The notes: a model not told the origin generated them from the letters alone. A DNA stretch of 64,000 bases from Dicyema japonicum (GCA_011109175.1 RDEW01000009.1:516875-580874), one strand, 5' to 3'; shown: positions 1 through 13,139, counted from the first letter of the stretch. A program made the numbers and translations.

Positions 1-99
1 ATATCCAAGTACCAACAGGTATAAAAAATTTCGTTACCAACAGGCATAATACATTTCGCTTCTACAAAAAGCAAGAAATTTCATGATGATCAACGACAA

Positions 100-1300
100 A
101 ATGTATCTGAAAAATCAGAATGGAAATCACAATTTGTCATTGGTATTGACAATGAGATGGATTTTTTAAACTCAGCACTTCATAACCAGGCTCATCTTGG
201 AATGAATAAAATGGAGGATCTCTGCAATAAACACTGCTTCCACATTAAAAAAAAGCGTGATCCGCCGAGTAATGACTTCCTGTAAAATCTGTAAGTTTTC
301 TACTTTAAAAGTTTGTTTTTTGGTAATATTTTAATAGATAAATGATGAAGAACATCACATCATTTTGTTAAAACCAAATGAAAGGTTTCAAATGGATCTT
401 ATTGATCCGAAAAGATTTTATTCTGTCAACGATGAATACAAATGGATGCTCAATTGATGTATATTCAAAGTTGGCCATAACAAGAAAATCAAAAAACAAA
501 TCTGGTTTTGAAGTAAGATGCTTAAAATCATATATTTATTTTAGGTTTCAATGGAATTAAAAAGCATATTCTATGAATATGGGCTTTTTATGATTTTGCA
601 ATCAGACAATGGTACAGAATTTAGGTTAATTTTTACACGGATTCTGTCAAAAATGATGGGAAAAAACGCTGAAAAATCTTGGATTCAAATGTTACTTCGT
701 GCCACTTATATGTATAACACAAATGTAAATTCGTCGAGCGGAAGAACAACTTTTGTGATGTATAGGGGCATTTCTGGTTTTAATACTGTTACACTAAATG
801 ATGGTTGACTTAATTTTTAAAACTTTGACATAGATTTGGAGAATGATATTTGCGACGAGACAGTAAATACTGATGTTTGATGAGTCGTTAGAAGAAACAA
901 ATAATGAAGCCACAAAGTCTGCTTGTGAAATGGGTTACAAAAAATGATTTTAAAATTAGAAAACTTTCAACTAAAGTTCATAAAACCAAATTTGAATTCA
1001 TCATATTTTAAGAGGATGAACAAAAGATGAATGTTCATCATGGAAAATACACTTTTTCAATAAAAGAACAAGTTTCTATTATTTAATTAAATTTAGGTAC
1101 GAGTTTTAAAAAACTATGGAACTAATCCTTCTTTAAGACTTGACAAATTTGAGAGTCCATACAGTGAGAATGTAGAAGTCTTAAGTTTATTATCAAACAA
1201 TCGTCTTGAGGTTAGTATGTAAAAAAATATTTTTAGTTTCGTTCAACGACTGGGGAAAAAAAATCATTTCAATGCACATGGTCAAGAAAATATAATTAAT
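100..1300 (+). mobile_element. Decayed Ginger/Gypsy-integrase-like (HHCC + DDE) transposase remnant with micro-introns
   Basis: HNQAHLG...CKIC zinc motif, ERFQMDLID, ILQSDNGTEF and LRLDKFESPY. GT-AG introns at 311-337, 513-544, 1072-1096 and 1211-1236 restore the frame locally. Frameshifts and an internal deletion remain. Confidence 0.75.
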
Positions 1301-1784
1301 TTTGATGTAATAAATGAAAACAAAAATTTTATTAAAGAAAGAAAATAGAGCAACTGTTATATAGAAGCTGCCCTGACTACGTGGCTATTCCCTCTCAGGA
1401 TAGCGAGATTCGTTTAAATAACCGGCAGGTAATAAATTATTTCTAGATTATCTTATTTTAGTAATTAATCGTGATATTGTTTGACATGATTTTGACATAT
1501 GAAATTGATTGACACATTGCTTTGTTGCGCGTTGCGCATGGTTGCTCACAGTGCGCACGACAACCTATAAGATTGTAGGAGAGGGTATTAACCACCAATT
1601 CTGTTAACTGTGGATAGAATTGGATAAAACCCTCCACCAGATCTAACTGACTGCTTTTGTAGTCAATGATATCTTGGTCTATTCGCATGAGAAGTTGGAA
1701 GATGAGGGTTCACACTCGTCATAAAAAGGTAGGGATATTCGACAACCTCAACTCTACGGGGACTGCAATGACCGTTTATTATTT

Positions 1785-2270
1785 TAAACCCCAAGACCAC
1801 AAAGAAAGAAAGGTTAAACACACTAATTAAGTTTCCCCAGCCTCCAATATCCCCAAAACATTGAATGTTCAGACAGAGACCTAATTGCCCTCCAGAAATG
1901 CCTTCTTTTTGTGTTTTTCAGAGAATTCTTTGAAGGCGTATTCTTTTGGTCCTTGTTTTTTGAAGATCACCGAACCGGACCTACGCCTCTGGAGGCCCTT
2001 ATGAGACTAGACTCCAGATCACGGGAAGGTTCTTCCCTCGAGCCCATGCATAATGAAGACTGACTGAATTTATGAGTCCGCATTCCAGCATTCTTGTCTG
2101 AGGCATCCAGAGGCGTCGGTTCAATTTAATGTTCTCCACAAATCCAACGATCCGCTACTCTGAAAGCCCTCTTTTGTGTTTCGTCGACCTGTCTCATATT
2201 TGTCCAAGATATGGACGAGGCTCATGCATATGAGAAACATGGATCGATATATTGTCCGTACACGTTCCCT
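1785..2270 (-). mobile_element. 5'-truncated 3' end of an APE-RT LINE
   Basis: Minus-strand peptide (SISWTNMRQVDETQKRAF) resembles the C-terminus of the LINE at ~49250; ends in the family 3' stem-loop and an A-rich tail. Confidence 0.6.
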
Positions 2271-2397
2271 TGAAACTAATAAATTGAGTTGTATTCTTAA
2301 AAAAAACAATTTTAATTTTTTGTTTTTTTTTAATTTTGATTATTTACAAAATATAATTATCGCGTATTAAATAAATAAATGCAATCGTCACAATTTA

Positions 2398-5300
2398 ATG
2401 TTAAAGTTTTCGGCACTGCAGAATTTGCATCTACTGAACAGCTTGATCAGATGCTCTTCCACTGATAGGAAGATAAGACCTATTAAAAAGTTACTTGTAG
2501 CCAATCGAGGTTAAAAGGTTTTTTGATTGAAGGCGAAATTGCCGTAAGAATTTTCCGAACATGCACTGAATTAGATATCCAGACTGTTGCTATTTACTCG
2601 GAACAAGACAGCGGTCAGATCTTCCGAACCAAAGCAGACGAGGCCTATCTTATCGGGAAAGGTCTTGGGCTGTTCAATCATATATGTCAATTCCTGACAT
2701 AATTAGAATAGCAATGGTGACTAAGCAAATTCTATTGTTTACAGATGACTGGTTCAGATGCTATCCACCCTGGTTATGGATTTCTTTCTGAACAGTCTGA
2801 TTTTGCCCGTGCCTGTGAGGATGCCGGAATTTTATTTGTCGGTCCAAGGTCAGAGACCGTTGCTTTGATGGGGAATAAAGTGAATGCAAGAAAAACCGCT
2901 GAAAGTGCAGGTTTATTCAATCAAGTATTTTATTAGGACTTCATCTTATTCCCGGATCAGAAGGACCAGTAAAAAATGTCGACGAAGCAAAGGACTTTAT
3001 TATGAAACATGGTCTCCCGTGCATCCTCAAGGCGGCATATGGAGGGGGTGGCCGTGGAATGCGGAAGGTCTTTTCGTTGGAAGTACTTTTGGAGTTAACT
3101 TTAAGGATTTACCAAATACATTTGAACGTGCCCAGTCCGAGGCCATGTCAGCCTTTGGAAATGGAGAATTATTTATTGAAAGGTTTGTTGACTCAGCAAA
3201 ACACATCGAAGTTCAAATAATGGGTTTTATCATTAATTTATGAACTTAGGGGATTCGTACGGCAATGTTCTTCATTTTCATGAGCGGGACTGTTCCATTC
3301 AACGAAGGCACCAGAAATTAGTGGAAATAGCTCCAGCGCCATTTCTGAACCCAAATTTGCGGGAAAATATTTTGAATGACGCCATTAAGCTTGCCAAACA
3401 CGTGAATTACAGTAATGCTGGCACTGTTGAGTTCTTGGTCGATGCCAAAGATCAATATTATTTCATTGAGGTTAATTCTCGACTCCAGGTGGAGCACACA
3501 GTCAGTGAAGAAATCACAGGGTTTCCACTTATCTCCAACTTGCAGTGTTGATCTAGTAGAAACGCAGATCAAGATTGCTGAGGGACATTCCCTCGAATCA
3601 TTGGGGCTTGCGAACCAAGAGTCCATTACTCCACGTGGAATAGCACTTCAATGTAGAGTCACTACAGAGGATCCGTCAAACGACTTTACTCCTGATTTCG
3701 GTCGTCTTGATGTAAAATATTTTATCACATCCTTTAGGTGTATAGAGCGGCCTTAGGGAGAGGAATCAGGGTGGATAGTGCTCGTCCACATACAAATTCG
3801 TCCATCCTACCTTACTATGATTCTTTATTGTCCAAAGTCATCGTTCATTCGAACAACTTTGAGGGCGCGTGCAAAAAAATGGCAAGAGCCTTGTCTGAAA
3901 CTCGTGTTAGAGGAGTCAAAGTAGTCTTAAATTTTCATATTTAGACTAATATCCCTTATCTGTTGAACGTCATGAGGAATCAATCCTTTATTTCCGGGAA
4001 TTACGACACCAAATTCATTGATGATTCTCCGGAGATGCTGAAAGTTTCATTTGGACGGAATAGACTCCAATCCCTCCTAAAGTATTTAAGCAATACGGTC
4101 GTCAATGGCCCGTTTATTTCTTGGGGGACTCAGTTGCCTCCTTCTAGAATACTAGCCGACATTCCCGAGGTAAAAAATCCACAGGGTTTTTGTTTTGTCT
4201 GAAATTGACAGATGACTTGTTAAAAACAGGTTGGAGATCCATTTTTGTGAATGAGGGACCTGACGCATTCGCAAAGGCAATCGTGGCACACAAAGGCAAA
4301 ATAATACCCATAATTTTCAGGAGTTCTATTGACTGATACGACTTTCCGAGACGCTCATCAGTCACTCTTGGCCACACGTGTGCGTACGAGTGACATGTTG
4401 GCTATCTCAGACTTTATTGCTCATAATTTATCGAGCTTTCTTTCCATGGAAATGTGGGGAGGTCGTTTTTTCAATTAATCTGGTTAAGGAGCCACATTCG
4501 ATGTTTCAATGAGGTTTCTATATGAATGTCCGTGGGAAAGGTTGAAGGAACTCAGGGAACGAATTCCAAATATTCCCTTCCAGATGTTATTCCGTGGAAC
4601 GAATGCAGTGGGCTATACAGCATATCCGGACATTGTGATTACAAAGTTTGTAGTTGAAAATACCGTAGATTCTGTGAGGTAGCAAAGAATAACGGAATTG
4701 ACATTTTCAGAATATTTGATAGCCAAAATTACCTCCCAAACCTTAAAGTTGGAATTGAAGCTGCGGGGAATGCTGGTATTACCACTGTTGACTTTAGGGG
4801 GAATCGTTGAAACCTCGATATGCTATACTGGGGATGTATCCGACTCAAGCCGGAAGAAATACAATATTGATTATTATCTGGAAATGACTGACAAAATAAT
4901 GAACCTTGGCTGCCATATTTTGGCCATTAAGGTTATATTCTTGTTATGATCTCAGGACATGGCTGGACTTTTGAAACCAAGATCAGCGGCGATTTTGGTG
5001 GATGCCATTAAACAGCGTTATCCTGATGTTCCTCTCCACGTTCACACTCATGACACAGCGGGGACTGGTAACTCAATTTCTCATCAATGTAGGGATTGCT
5101 TCCATGTTTGAAGCCACGAAAGCAGGAGCTGACATTATAGATGTTGCTGTTGACTCAATGAGTGGAATCACATCTCAACCAAGTATGGGGGCATTTGCTG
5201 CAATTTTGAAAGACACGCCTTGGGAATGCGGTTTGTCCTTTTCTCTAACTACAGCTGGTATTAATTCTCAGGATATTTCACTGTACTCTGCCTATTGGGA

Positions 5301-6424
5301 ACAAACAAGACAGCTGTACGGTCCTTTCGAGTCCTCTGTAACTATGAAAAGTGGGAATGCTGACGTCTACCTTAATGAGATTCCTGGTTAAGCATTTTCT
5401 CGTATAATAGGGGGGCAATACACAAATCTTCAATTTCAAGCACATTCATTAGGAATGGGGTCACAATTTGAAGCCGTAAAAAAGGCCTACCGTCAAGCAA
5501 ACCTATTATTGGGGGATATCATCAAAGTACTTAATTTTGCTTCTTCCAGGTAACCCCCTCTTCCAAAACAGTTGGAGATTTGGCGCAATTTATGGTTCAA
5601 AATAAACTTTCCGCAGAAGACGTAGAGGCACGTGTTGAGAACCTGTCCCTGCCTCAGTCTGTGACTGAATTCTTTCAGGGAATTATTGGAGTCCCTTATT
5701 ACGGCTTTCCTGAACCACTTCGAACTAAAGTTTTATGCATGGAATATTTCAGGTTCTCAAAGGACGAGAAGCCGTAGCTGGGGAACGCTTAAATTTGGAC
5801 TCTGTTGACTTTGACCAGGTTATGAGGGAATTAAGCGATAAATTCAATTATACAGCCACCATTGAGGATGCCCTCAGCTATGCCTTATATCCAAAGGTCT
5901 TTACGGATTTCATCACTTTTATCCAAAACTACGGGCCGGTAAAGAAATTGCCCACTGATGTCTTTCTAGCAGGTCCTCAGCTTGGTCGTCAGTTTGAGGT
6001 ATTGATTTAGTAATTATGCCAGGTTGAGTTGGAGACTGGAAAAACTATTTATTTTAAATATGTTGGAATAATTGAGCGAGGGGGAGGCAATCAAGAAGTC
6101 GTCTTCGAAGTGAATGGAGAAACTCGGTCTCTGGTGGTGGCCAAGAAAGAAAGTGAATCGTCTGATACTCCGAAAAAGTCGATAAAGGCTTCGAAGGATA
6201 ATGTTGGCCACGTGGGAGCACCTATTCCTGCGCAAATTGTCGCCCTCAAAGTGAAAGTTGGAGATAGAGTCAAACAAAACGATACCCTAGTTGTCCTTAG
6301 TGCTATGAAAATGGAGATTGCCGTCGATTCTACCACATCTGGAGTTGTTAAGCAGATTCTCGTGAATGTCGGGTCTAAGGTATCTCCAGATGACCTTATG
6401 ATTGAAATCGAAGTCGATCCTTAA
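2398..6424 (+). CDS. PC: Pyruvate carboxylase, mitochondrial precursor; 21 exons, 20 introns of 22-28 nt
   Basis: Motifs [56 protein letters not shown] and biotin site SAMKME. Span minus 491 nt of introns plus one missing base at ~2670 gives 1178 aa. Confidence 0.97.
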
Positions 6425-6665
6425 ATTCTAATATTAATTACTTTGACGTTTGGAATTATTAAAACTTAACAACTTTAAAGTATAAGACAAATGAGCAGTT
6501 GGTTTGGAATATTCTGTGGGATGTTTCCAATGCATCACACGTTTCTTAAAAAGCCCGCCAAAATTGAACTTAAAATTTTTGGATAAAAGTTTTCAGCCAT
6601 AAAATAGACTATCTTGTATTTAAATCCTATTATATGGTAATTTTTATTTTAATCTAATAAAAAAC

Positions 6666-7367
6666 ATGCAACGTGCGTTCGATTCGGTGGCGTTAAAACT
6701 CTCTCGAGTTGGCAAAAATGTTGAAAGGAAAAAAGGAGAAGGGTCACTTGCGTTACCTGATGGTATGAATGTAATTCTTGCCATATCCGAGAGCGTTGTG
6801 GCAGATGACCCAAAAGAATGGGCGAGGCAGGTAGTCCTGCAGGTACGTAGCAGGCTATCTCGAATGCCCTGGAATGGATGGCCATACTTGGCGGAGCTCT
6901 GCAGTGGCAGATTCAGTACTGCTATATCTGTGAGTGAACTCAAGAAGATGGCTGTAGGCAAAGAGGGTACTGGTCTAAAGGGGCGGGGACCAGGTGACCA
7001 CAACTGTCAAAGAGAGCACGAGCACCAGAGCTGTGATACGTTGCAGCTCAAGCATGTTTATGAGGTTTTTGCGCGGAATCTCGCTGCAGCGGCAGATGTC
7101 CCACTTGAGGACCGTAGATTTACCCGCAAGATTCCTCATTGTAAGGTTAACGGTGTAGTGTTAACCTGCATCAATAAGGCTGTGGCTTATGCGGTGGAGG
7201 CTAAGCCAGTAGGGTCATTGGGTGACATCTCCCTAGTGCTGTATGCAGCACAGATCACCTATGAGGAATTGACGGACAAGCCAGACCACCCAGTAAATGG
7301 AGGGAGCAGATCTGTGCCAAGATTGCTTGGAGACAGACTGAGCTGGAAGCACTGGAAGGGCACATGA
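6666..7367 (+). mobile_element. N-terminal (pre-RT) fragment of an R4/Dong-like non-LTR retrotransposon
   Basis: KIPH...LYAAQITYEELT is homologous to KIPY...IYAAQCAYENLT upstream of the RT in the element at 57780-60790; intronless. Confidence 0.7.
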
Positions 7368-7436
7368 GTTTATTTTAATCTGATAAAATAAAAAAGCAAC
7401 GCGCCCATCTGCACAGTAGTCAAAAGGCAGTTATTT

Positions 7437-7890
7437 TTTAATAACCCCGATATACTCGAAAAGCGTTTATCCGGTTCCCCCTGTCAAAGTGGAATGCACC
7501 CTATGTAAACATCACATCCATCCATATCCGCTATTATGGGAACTTCTTTACTCGAGTATAGAATAAAGGGATCACTGGGAGTTTTCTAGGTTAAGTGGAT
7601 TCGTAGAAGCCTCTTAGGAATTGAAACAGGCAAAGAGGAGAAAGGAAATCATTTGAACAAGTAGGTGGCAACGTGGGTTTGGCTTCTGTACTGGTATCAA
7701 TAGTCCTTCTCCAAGTGGCAAGGTGGCTCCTTTATTGCAAGTTTCGTTTAGAATCCAGGTAATTATCTTGTATAGTTTTTGCGTTCCATATTTGAAAAAT
7801 TCACCATTTAAGCCATCTGGGCCGGGAATGTTATTGTCTTGAGTTTGAAATTTTCTGTCATCACTTCTTCCAAAGTTATTTCTTCGAAAA
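7437..7890 (-). mobile_element. Non-LTR RT fragment (PGPDG region) plus a LINE-type 3' hairpin
   Basis: Minus strand IPGPDGLNGEFFKYG...LLIPVQKP; 7437-7485 resembles the family 3' stem. Confidence 0.6.
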
Positions 7891-8008
7891 AAATATAAAA
7901 ATCAGAATATTTGGCTGATTCTACTAAAATGATTTTATTTTTGTGATAAAGTTAATTAAAAAAATTAATTAAATTCACCAGAATAAATATATTTAAATTA
8001 ATTTTTGC

Positions 8009-11000
8009 ATGTCCGTCACTGTTTCTGATTGTATAATATTTTCTGGAACTTTTTATCATCTCAATACTGAGGTACTTAAAACATTTAATTTTAAAGAAGC
8101 GCACAGATTGCATTGATTTCCCAACTGGGGCATATTTACGTGAAATAAGAATCATTCCTAGCGAAATTGAAGTTAAAAAACTTCAAATCAAGGGGTTTGC
8201 CTGATCAAAAACTCTAGTCACACAACACCGAACAACTTTCTCGTAGAACTCCACGTCTTTGACATTTCAACAAGGGAGTTCCTTCTTGTTAATACGTAAC
8301 TGCAATTATGTAATTTTAGCCTCCAATATGATCAAATATCCACGTGTGTGAGCTCAATCGATTACAAAGTAGTTACGTGTAGTCTTATATTCAGATGCCA
8401 ACTACGACTCTTGTCCTGAGAGGGAACTACAAGAATATAAGCCTCGTTATCGTCGGACTTCCCTCCCCTCAATTTCCACGTGAATTGCGGCTAAATCGTT
8501 CGTTTCCCATAATTTGTAGCCAATGATTCGTCCATGCTAGAAGGAAACGATAGTCTGGTTAGAAACGTCCGTTATTGTAGGGGTTTCCTAACGGAATCAC
8601 GGATGATGTCCTCAAAGGCTTGATTCTATTTGTTGACGAAGAAGAGGCTCAACCTGATCAGAATAAGCAGAAAGTTTCCTTCTAAATCAATTTAAGGTCG
8701 AATTTTCTCTATTCAATCCACGTTGTGAACCTCTCTGTTGTCCATTAGTGGATTCCCAAACTTTGGGATCCAACAAGGAAGTCGAGGAATTTGTTCATCT
8801 TTTATGTCGTGACTCCACAGTGGACCAGTTCTCGATGTGCTGTATTTTAGCATAACTTTTGAAAAAATTATCAATTTTGATGTTCCCTCCATATTGAGGA
8901 CATTGAAGACCTCGGATGAATCGACTTTTGAAGGTAGGTCATTATGATTCAATGATCAGCATGCATTAAAGCGATGATTGAGTGGATTGCTGTGATTTTT
9001 GCCTCCCCTTCGGCAGATTGTCCACTTAAATTAGCTTTTTCGATGATTGATAAGTGTGCTAGAGTACAAGAGTTTTCAGTTCGACTCCTTCAGTCGAACT
9101 TTCTGGAAAACTTGATTGGGAACATTACTAGTTTAACCACAACTATTAAAATACAATTTATTCTTTCTTTGCTCACTCTACTTTGTTCAGCTGAGGCATT
9201 TGAGGCGGTCATTGGCAAGAGTTCGGTGTCTCCCTTGCAGTGTTTGCTGGACAATGTGATGCAGGTGTGTATTATACTCTTCTATGACAGTTTGTGAAGA
9301 CCTCTATAATGATGAAGACTGGAATCCAAGTTTTGCTGAACAAGTTCGAAGTTTACTCCGCGGCCAAGTCAATTTCTGGTTCTCTGGGGATTAGGGGAGA
9401 TGAAAGTGAGGTATCAGATGGAGTCAGAGATAATTTGCGCTTTCTAACCAGGATTTATGCTCGTGACCTGTCTCATAGAGAGTCTGAGGCTGTATGAGGA
9501 CTTGATTTACTTTAGTTGAATGTTATTTGCTCCCCAAAAACTTACTATTTTTCCGCATACGTTGACTCGGTCGATTTAATACATCAACTTTTGAGGGAAT
9601 TGTAAGGAGTCAGTCCTTCATTTTTAGTCACATTTTGGAGAACTTGAGCTATCTTGTCAGCCAGATTTATTCGTATGATCAGGAACATGATATCATTGGA
9701 TGCTACTACGACTTTCTGGACACAATATCAAGCAATTATGAAGGGCTCATTTTCCTGGTGACTAATCCTTCCGTTCTGAGTGCTGTTGACAAATTTGGGA
9801 GACTTTCTGTCTGCTCGGTTACAACCAATTTTGAATTTTCATACACTACTCTGTTGTGTCGACTTCACGCTGTCTGTTTTATCGAAAAGTTAAAAAAGAT
9901 GAACCCTGGTTGTTTTATGCTTAATTAGTTAAAGATGGGGATCTTCCTTCACTGGCTGATTTGGTAGAAAAGATCCTCTACCTGGGATGCCACCCAGTCG
10001 GTAGAAGGGCTATCGTTGATGTATTTGAGATGCCAAATAACGTGGATTCCATTATTCGCCTCAGTCATAGAATATTCGGTAGTTGGTTTTTTTATTGGAG
10101 AAAATGACGACACTTTTCCCGACCAGGGATGCTCGAAATTGGTGATCCGTCTCCTCTTTAACCTTGTCGAATCTACTACCTCAGCCAGGTTTTTAGCCAC
10201 TCTCGTCGCCCGTCTTCTACCGATTCTAAAACAAAGTTTATTTTCTGTTGATTTTCGGACGAGGACGAAGCCTTCTCGACTTTACGCGAGATACTCGAAC
10301 AGCTAAGCAAAATTGACTTGAATTTGGAGGAATGCATGACTGAGGTTGTGTATTCTGTTGGAATGCACACATTAAACCTGTCACAACAGCCATTTGGACT
10401 AATCTGTTCCCTAAGAATGTGCTGTGACCTCACATCTCGCAGAAATAGTCTATTGTGGTGAATATTGGTAGACGAAACTGACCAACAAAAGTTTAGCAGA
10501 CTTTCCTATGTACTTAACTTTACGGCTGCAGATGGATTCCGATCTATATTTGACCTTTTGGAGGTTTTACGTGATTTGATGGATTAGAACATTTGACTGG
10601 GGCTGAGCCAATGTGGCTGTGCTTTGTTCCCACCGTTGAAATCATGACTTACTACCTTAACGTTATCTCAGTCTGCTTAAAAATTGTCCGGAATTTGTTG
10701 CTGGCAATATCAGAATGTGATTATTCGGTTGATTATTTGTCTTATATTTCCTAGTTTAGGGACTCATTTGTGTTCAGTCCTCTCTTGCGATGTGCCAGTC
10801 TTATTTATTATTTGCCAAATGATTCCGAGCATAGAAATGCGGTTTTTTTCTCAATTGATTGTAGATATTCTCGGATATATTGGATAGTTTCTCCGTTTTT
10901 ATTAACGGGGACAAAAAGTGTGTCGAGTATGGTTGTCTGGGTGGTTCATTTGTAGAATGCATGTGGTCTACCATGTTATCGGAAATATTCGAGCACATGC

Positions 11001-12676
11001 TGTTTTCTCCTGAATATTATCTCCCAACACTCAACCTGCTATCCATGCTTATGCCAGCCGAGTTTTCTGAAGGGCGGGAAATACAGCGATTTGAGTGGGA
11101 AAAGCACCTTCTTATGGTAAAACCCGAGATTGGACGAATGATGAATTCGTTTGGAAGTTATTTGTTTACTTTACCCCAGTATCTTCTTCTGTTAGCATTC
11201 GGAGCTGTCTCCAGCGCATTTTGAGACAGTTGATGGACATGGGACCTGAAATGGGTGCCTTCGTCACTCGGTAGTTCACATTTTGTGAGTTTTAGCTCAC
11301 TTGTGTCACTTGTGTGTGATTTTGTGAGTGAGAATGACGAACTAGTGTCACGTGGGGATCAGACAATGAATCTCTGCTGCGTCTTAGCCCTCGAGCTGTT
11401 TGTGGCCATAATTGGAAAAACTGAGATCGGAATGTGCTGTTTCTCTAGTCTTTTACTGAACTCCCCGTTATTCTTTGATCATTACATTCCAGTGAGTCGG
11501 AGTTCTTTGAATCCTTCCTGTTCTCACTTATCAGACTAGTCGAGTCCACGTCCAGAAATGAAGTGTTGACTTTGTTGGGGAAGCGTCTTGTCATTGTTGG
11601 ACATTGAAATACAATTTAGACTTTATTCGAAGACATCTGCTCGCATTCAAAGTCTTCTAAGGTTTTTGTGGTTATGAGTTTGTTAGATTCTGAGAGACCT
11701 GATTCCTCTCTTTATTAGAAGTAAGTTTGGGAGGATCTGCCAGGCTCTGTTTGTCCACATCTTCACATTCTCTCATTCGTTTGTGGACATGGCAGTTCAC
11801 ACGATGGAGTTGTTGATTGTGAGAGGACACGTAGGTGTCATTTGCAGGTAACTTCTTTTCTCTTAGTGTCAGTTCTTTGGATGCTTTGAAATCATTCGAA
11901 AACGATTTTCAGAACTTTGTCAATGTTTGCCTAGTGAAATCAAAGACAGAGTTGCTTTCTTCATTTGTGCACGTGATTAGTCTTCTCTTTCACAACTGCC
12001 AGAGCAATCCTGATTTAAATTCAAAAGTTTGCACAAGTTTTGGATTCACCATTGATGGACTGAACGAGCTGTGTCGGAGAATCGAGGTTAGTCTTTGTTT
12101 CATTGATTAGCTCGAGGCTGGGATTGTTATACACCTGGATTACGTAACTACTACTGAACGGTCCTCCAATATTGAATGCATTACTAGTGAAGGTAGGTCA
12201 TATTACTCTATTATGATGTCGGTAATACGAAAATGACCGAACCTGCTAAAATGGAGCAGATATATGAATTGAGACGGCAACCAAACGAGAATCAAAGCAC
12301 TCTGAAATCATATACTCCTATCCGCATAAAAGTAGTTATGTGTATTATGTTTTGGAGGGGTCCTTTACTGTAGACAAAGCTATCATAAAGGATAACTTTG
12401 AGATGCTTGAGAAGGCTTTGCACAACGAGTCGCTATCATCCTGTGTGGACAATTTTTCAACGGATAGGCTACATTTGAGGCGGTTGTATGGTTGTAATAA
12501 TGATCAGTGAACAATCTGTGGTCTATGATACGAGCGGTCAGAGCAGAGGCATCAAAGCCTATGTGGCACCAATGCGCGGAAAGAGAATTGGTGGACGAGG
12601 AATTTCGTTGGTTGCAGCGAGGAGTTCCAATAGTAGTAGATTCGCATCCCTGCACATTGATGAATTTAAGAGATGA
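8009..12676 (+). CDS. VIRMA: Virilizer-like m6A methyltransferase-associated protein, many micro-introns
   Basis: Spliced N-terminus MSVTVSDCIIFSGTFYHLNTE/KRTDCIDFPTGAYLREIRIIP...TLVLRGNYKNISLVIVG matches the VIR_N domain; C-terminal SLHIDEF resembles VIRMA SMHVDDF. First nine introns traced in frame; the middle was not fully traced. Confidence 0.85.
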
Positions 12677-12861
12677 CCGGTGCCGTCAATGAAGTATTAT
12701 TGTAATAAACGCAGAATCGCTCTAACTCACTACCACCCGAACAAATAGATCAAGAGTCTCTGTCTTATCTGACAAGTATTATTATTTTGGTTTTTGTTAG
12801 ATTTTATTAGTGGAAATGAATAATTGTTACGTTTTTGTATTTAATACTTTTTTAAAATTAT

Positions 12862-12965
12862 TATTAACCCAAGAACACCAATAGTTAATTTAACTACTAA
12901 ATTAAGTGATCTCGAAGGCCTCTATCAGATTTCGTATCATTTCGCGATCCAACGCAACATGTTTT
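12862..12965 (-). mobile_element. Very short LINE 3' tail (...IEAFEIT* plus stem-loop)
   Basis: Same C-terminus and 3' UTR as the other family copies. Confidence 0.65.
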
Positions 12966-13139
12966 GTTGTATTTTTATGATTTCTTATAAATAGTTTAGT
13001 TGATGGATTCTGTTTTAATGTGACATGGGCCACGGGTTACCTATGGGCAGCCCGTTACATTAACCTTGAACTAAGATTAACTTTAATCAATTTCATTATT
13101 GATTTATTTTTCTTTTTTTAATACAAAGGGAACTTTACT

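Noticed and set aside
3318-7003. Antisense ORFs in the ORF track
   Set aside because: Shadows of real coding or TE sequence with no motifs.
2398-12676. Non-standard genetic code or stop readthrough to explain the fragmented ORFs
   Set aside because: In the regions traced, all stops fall inside removable GT-AG micro-introns; the standard code is sufficient.
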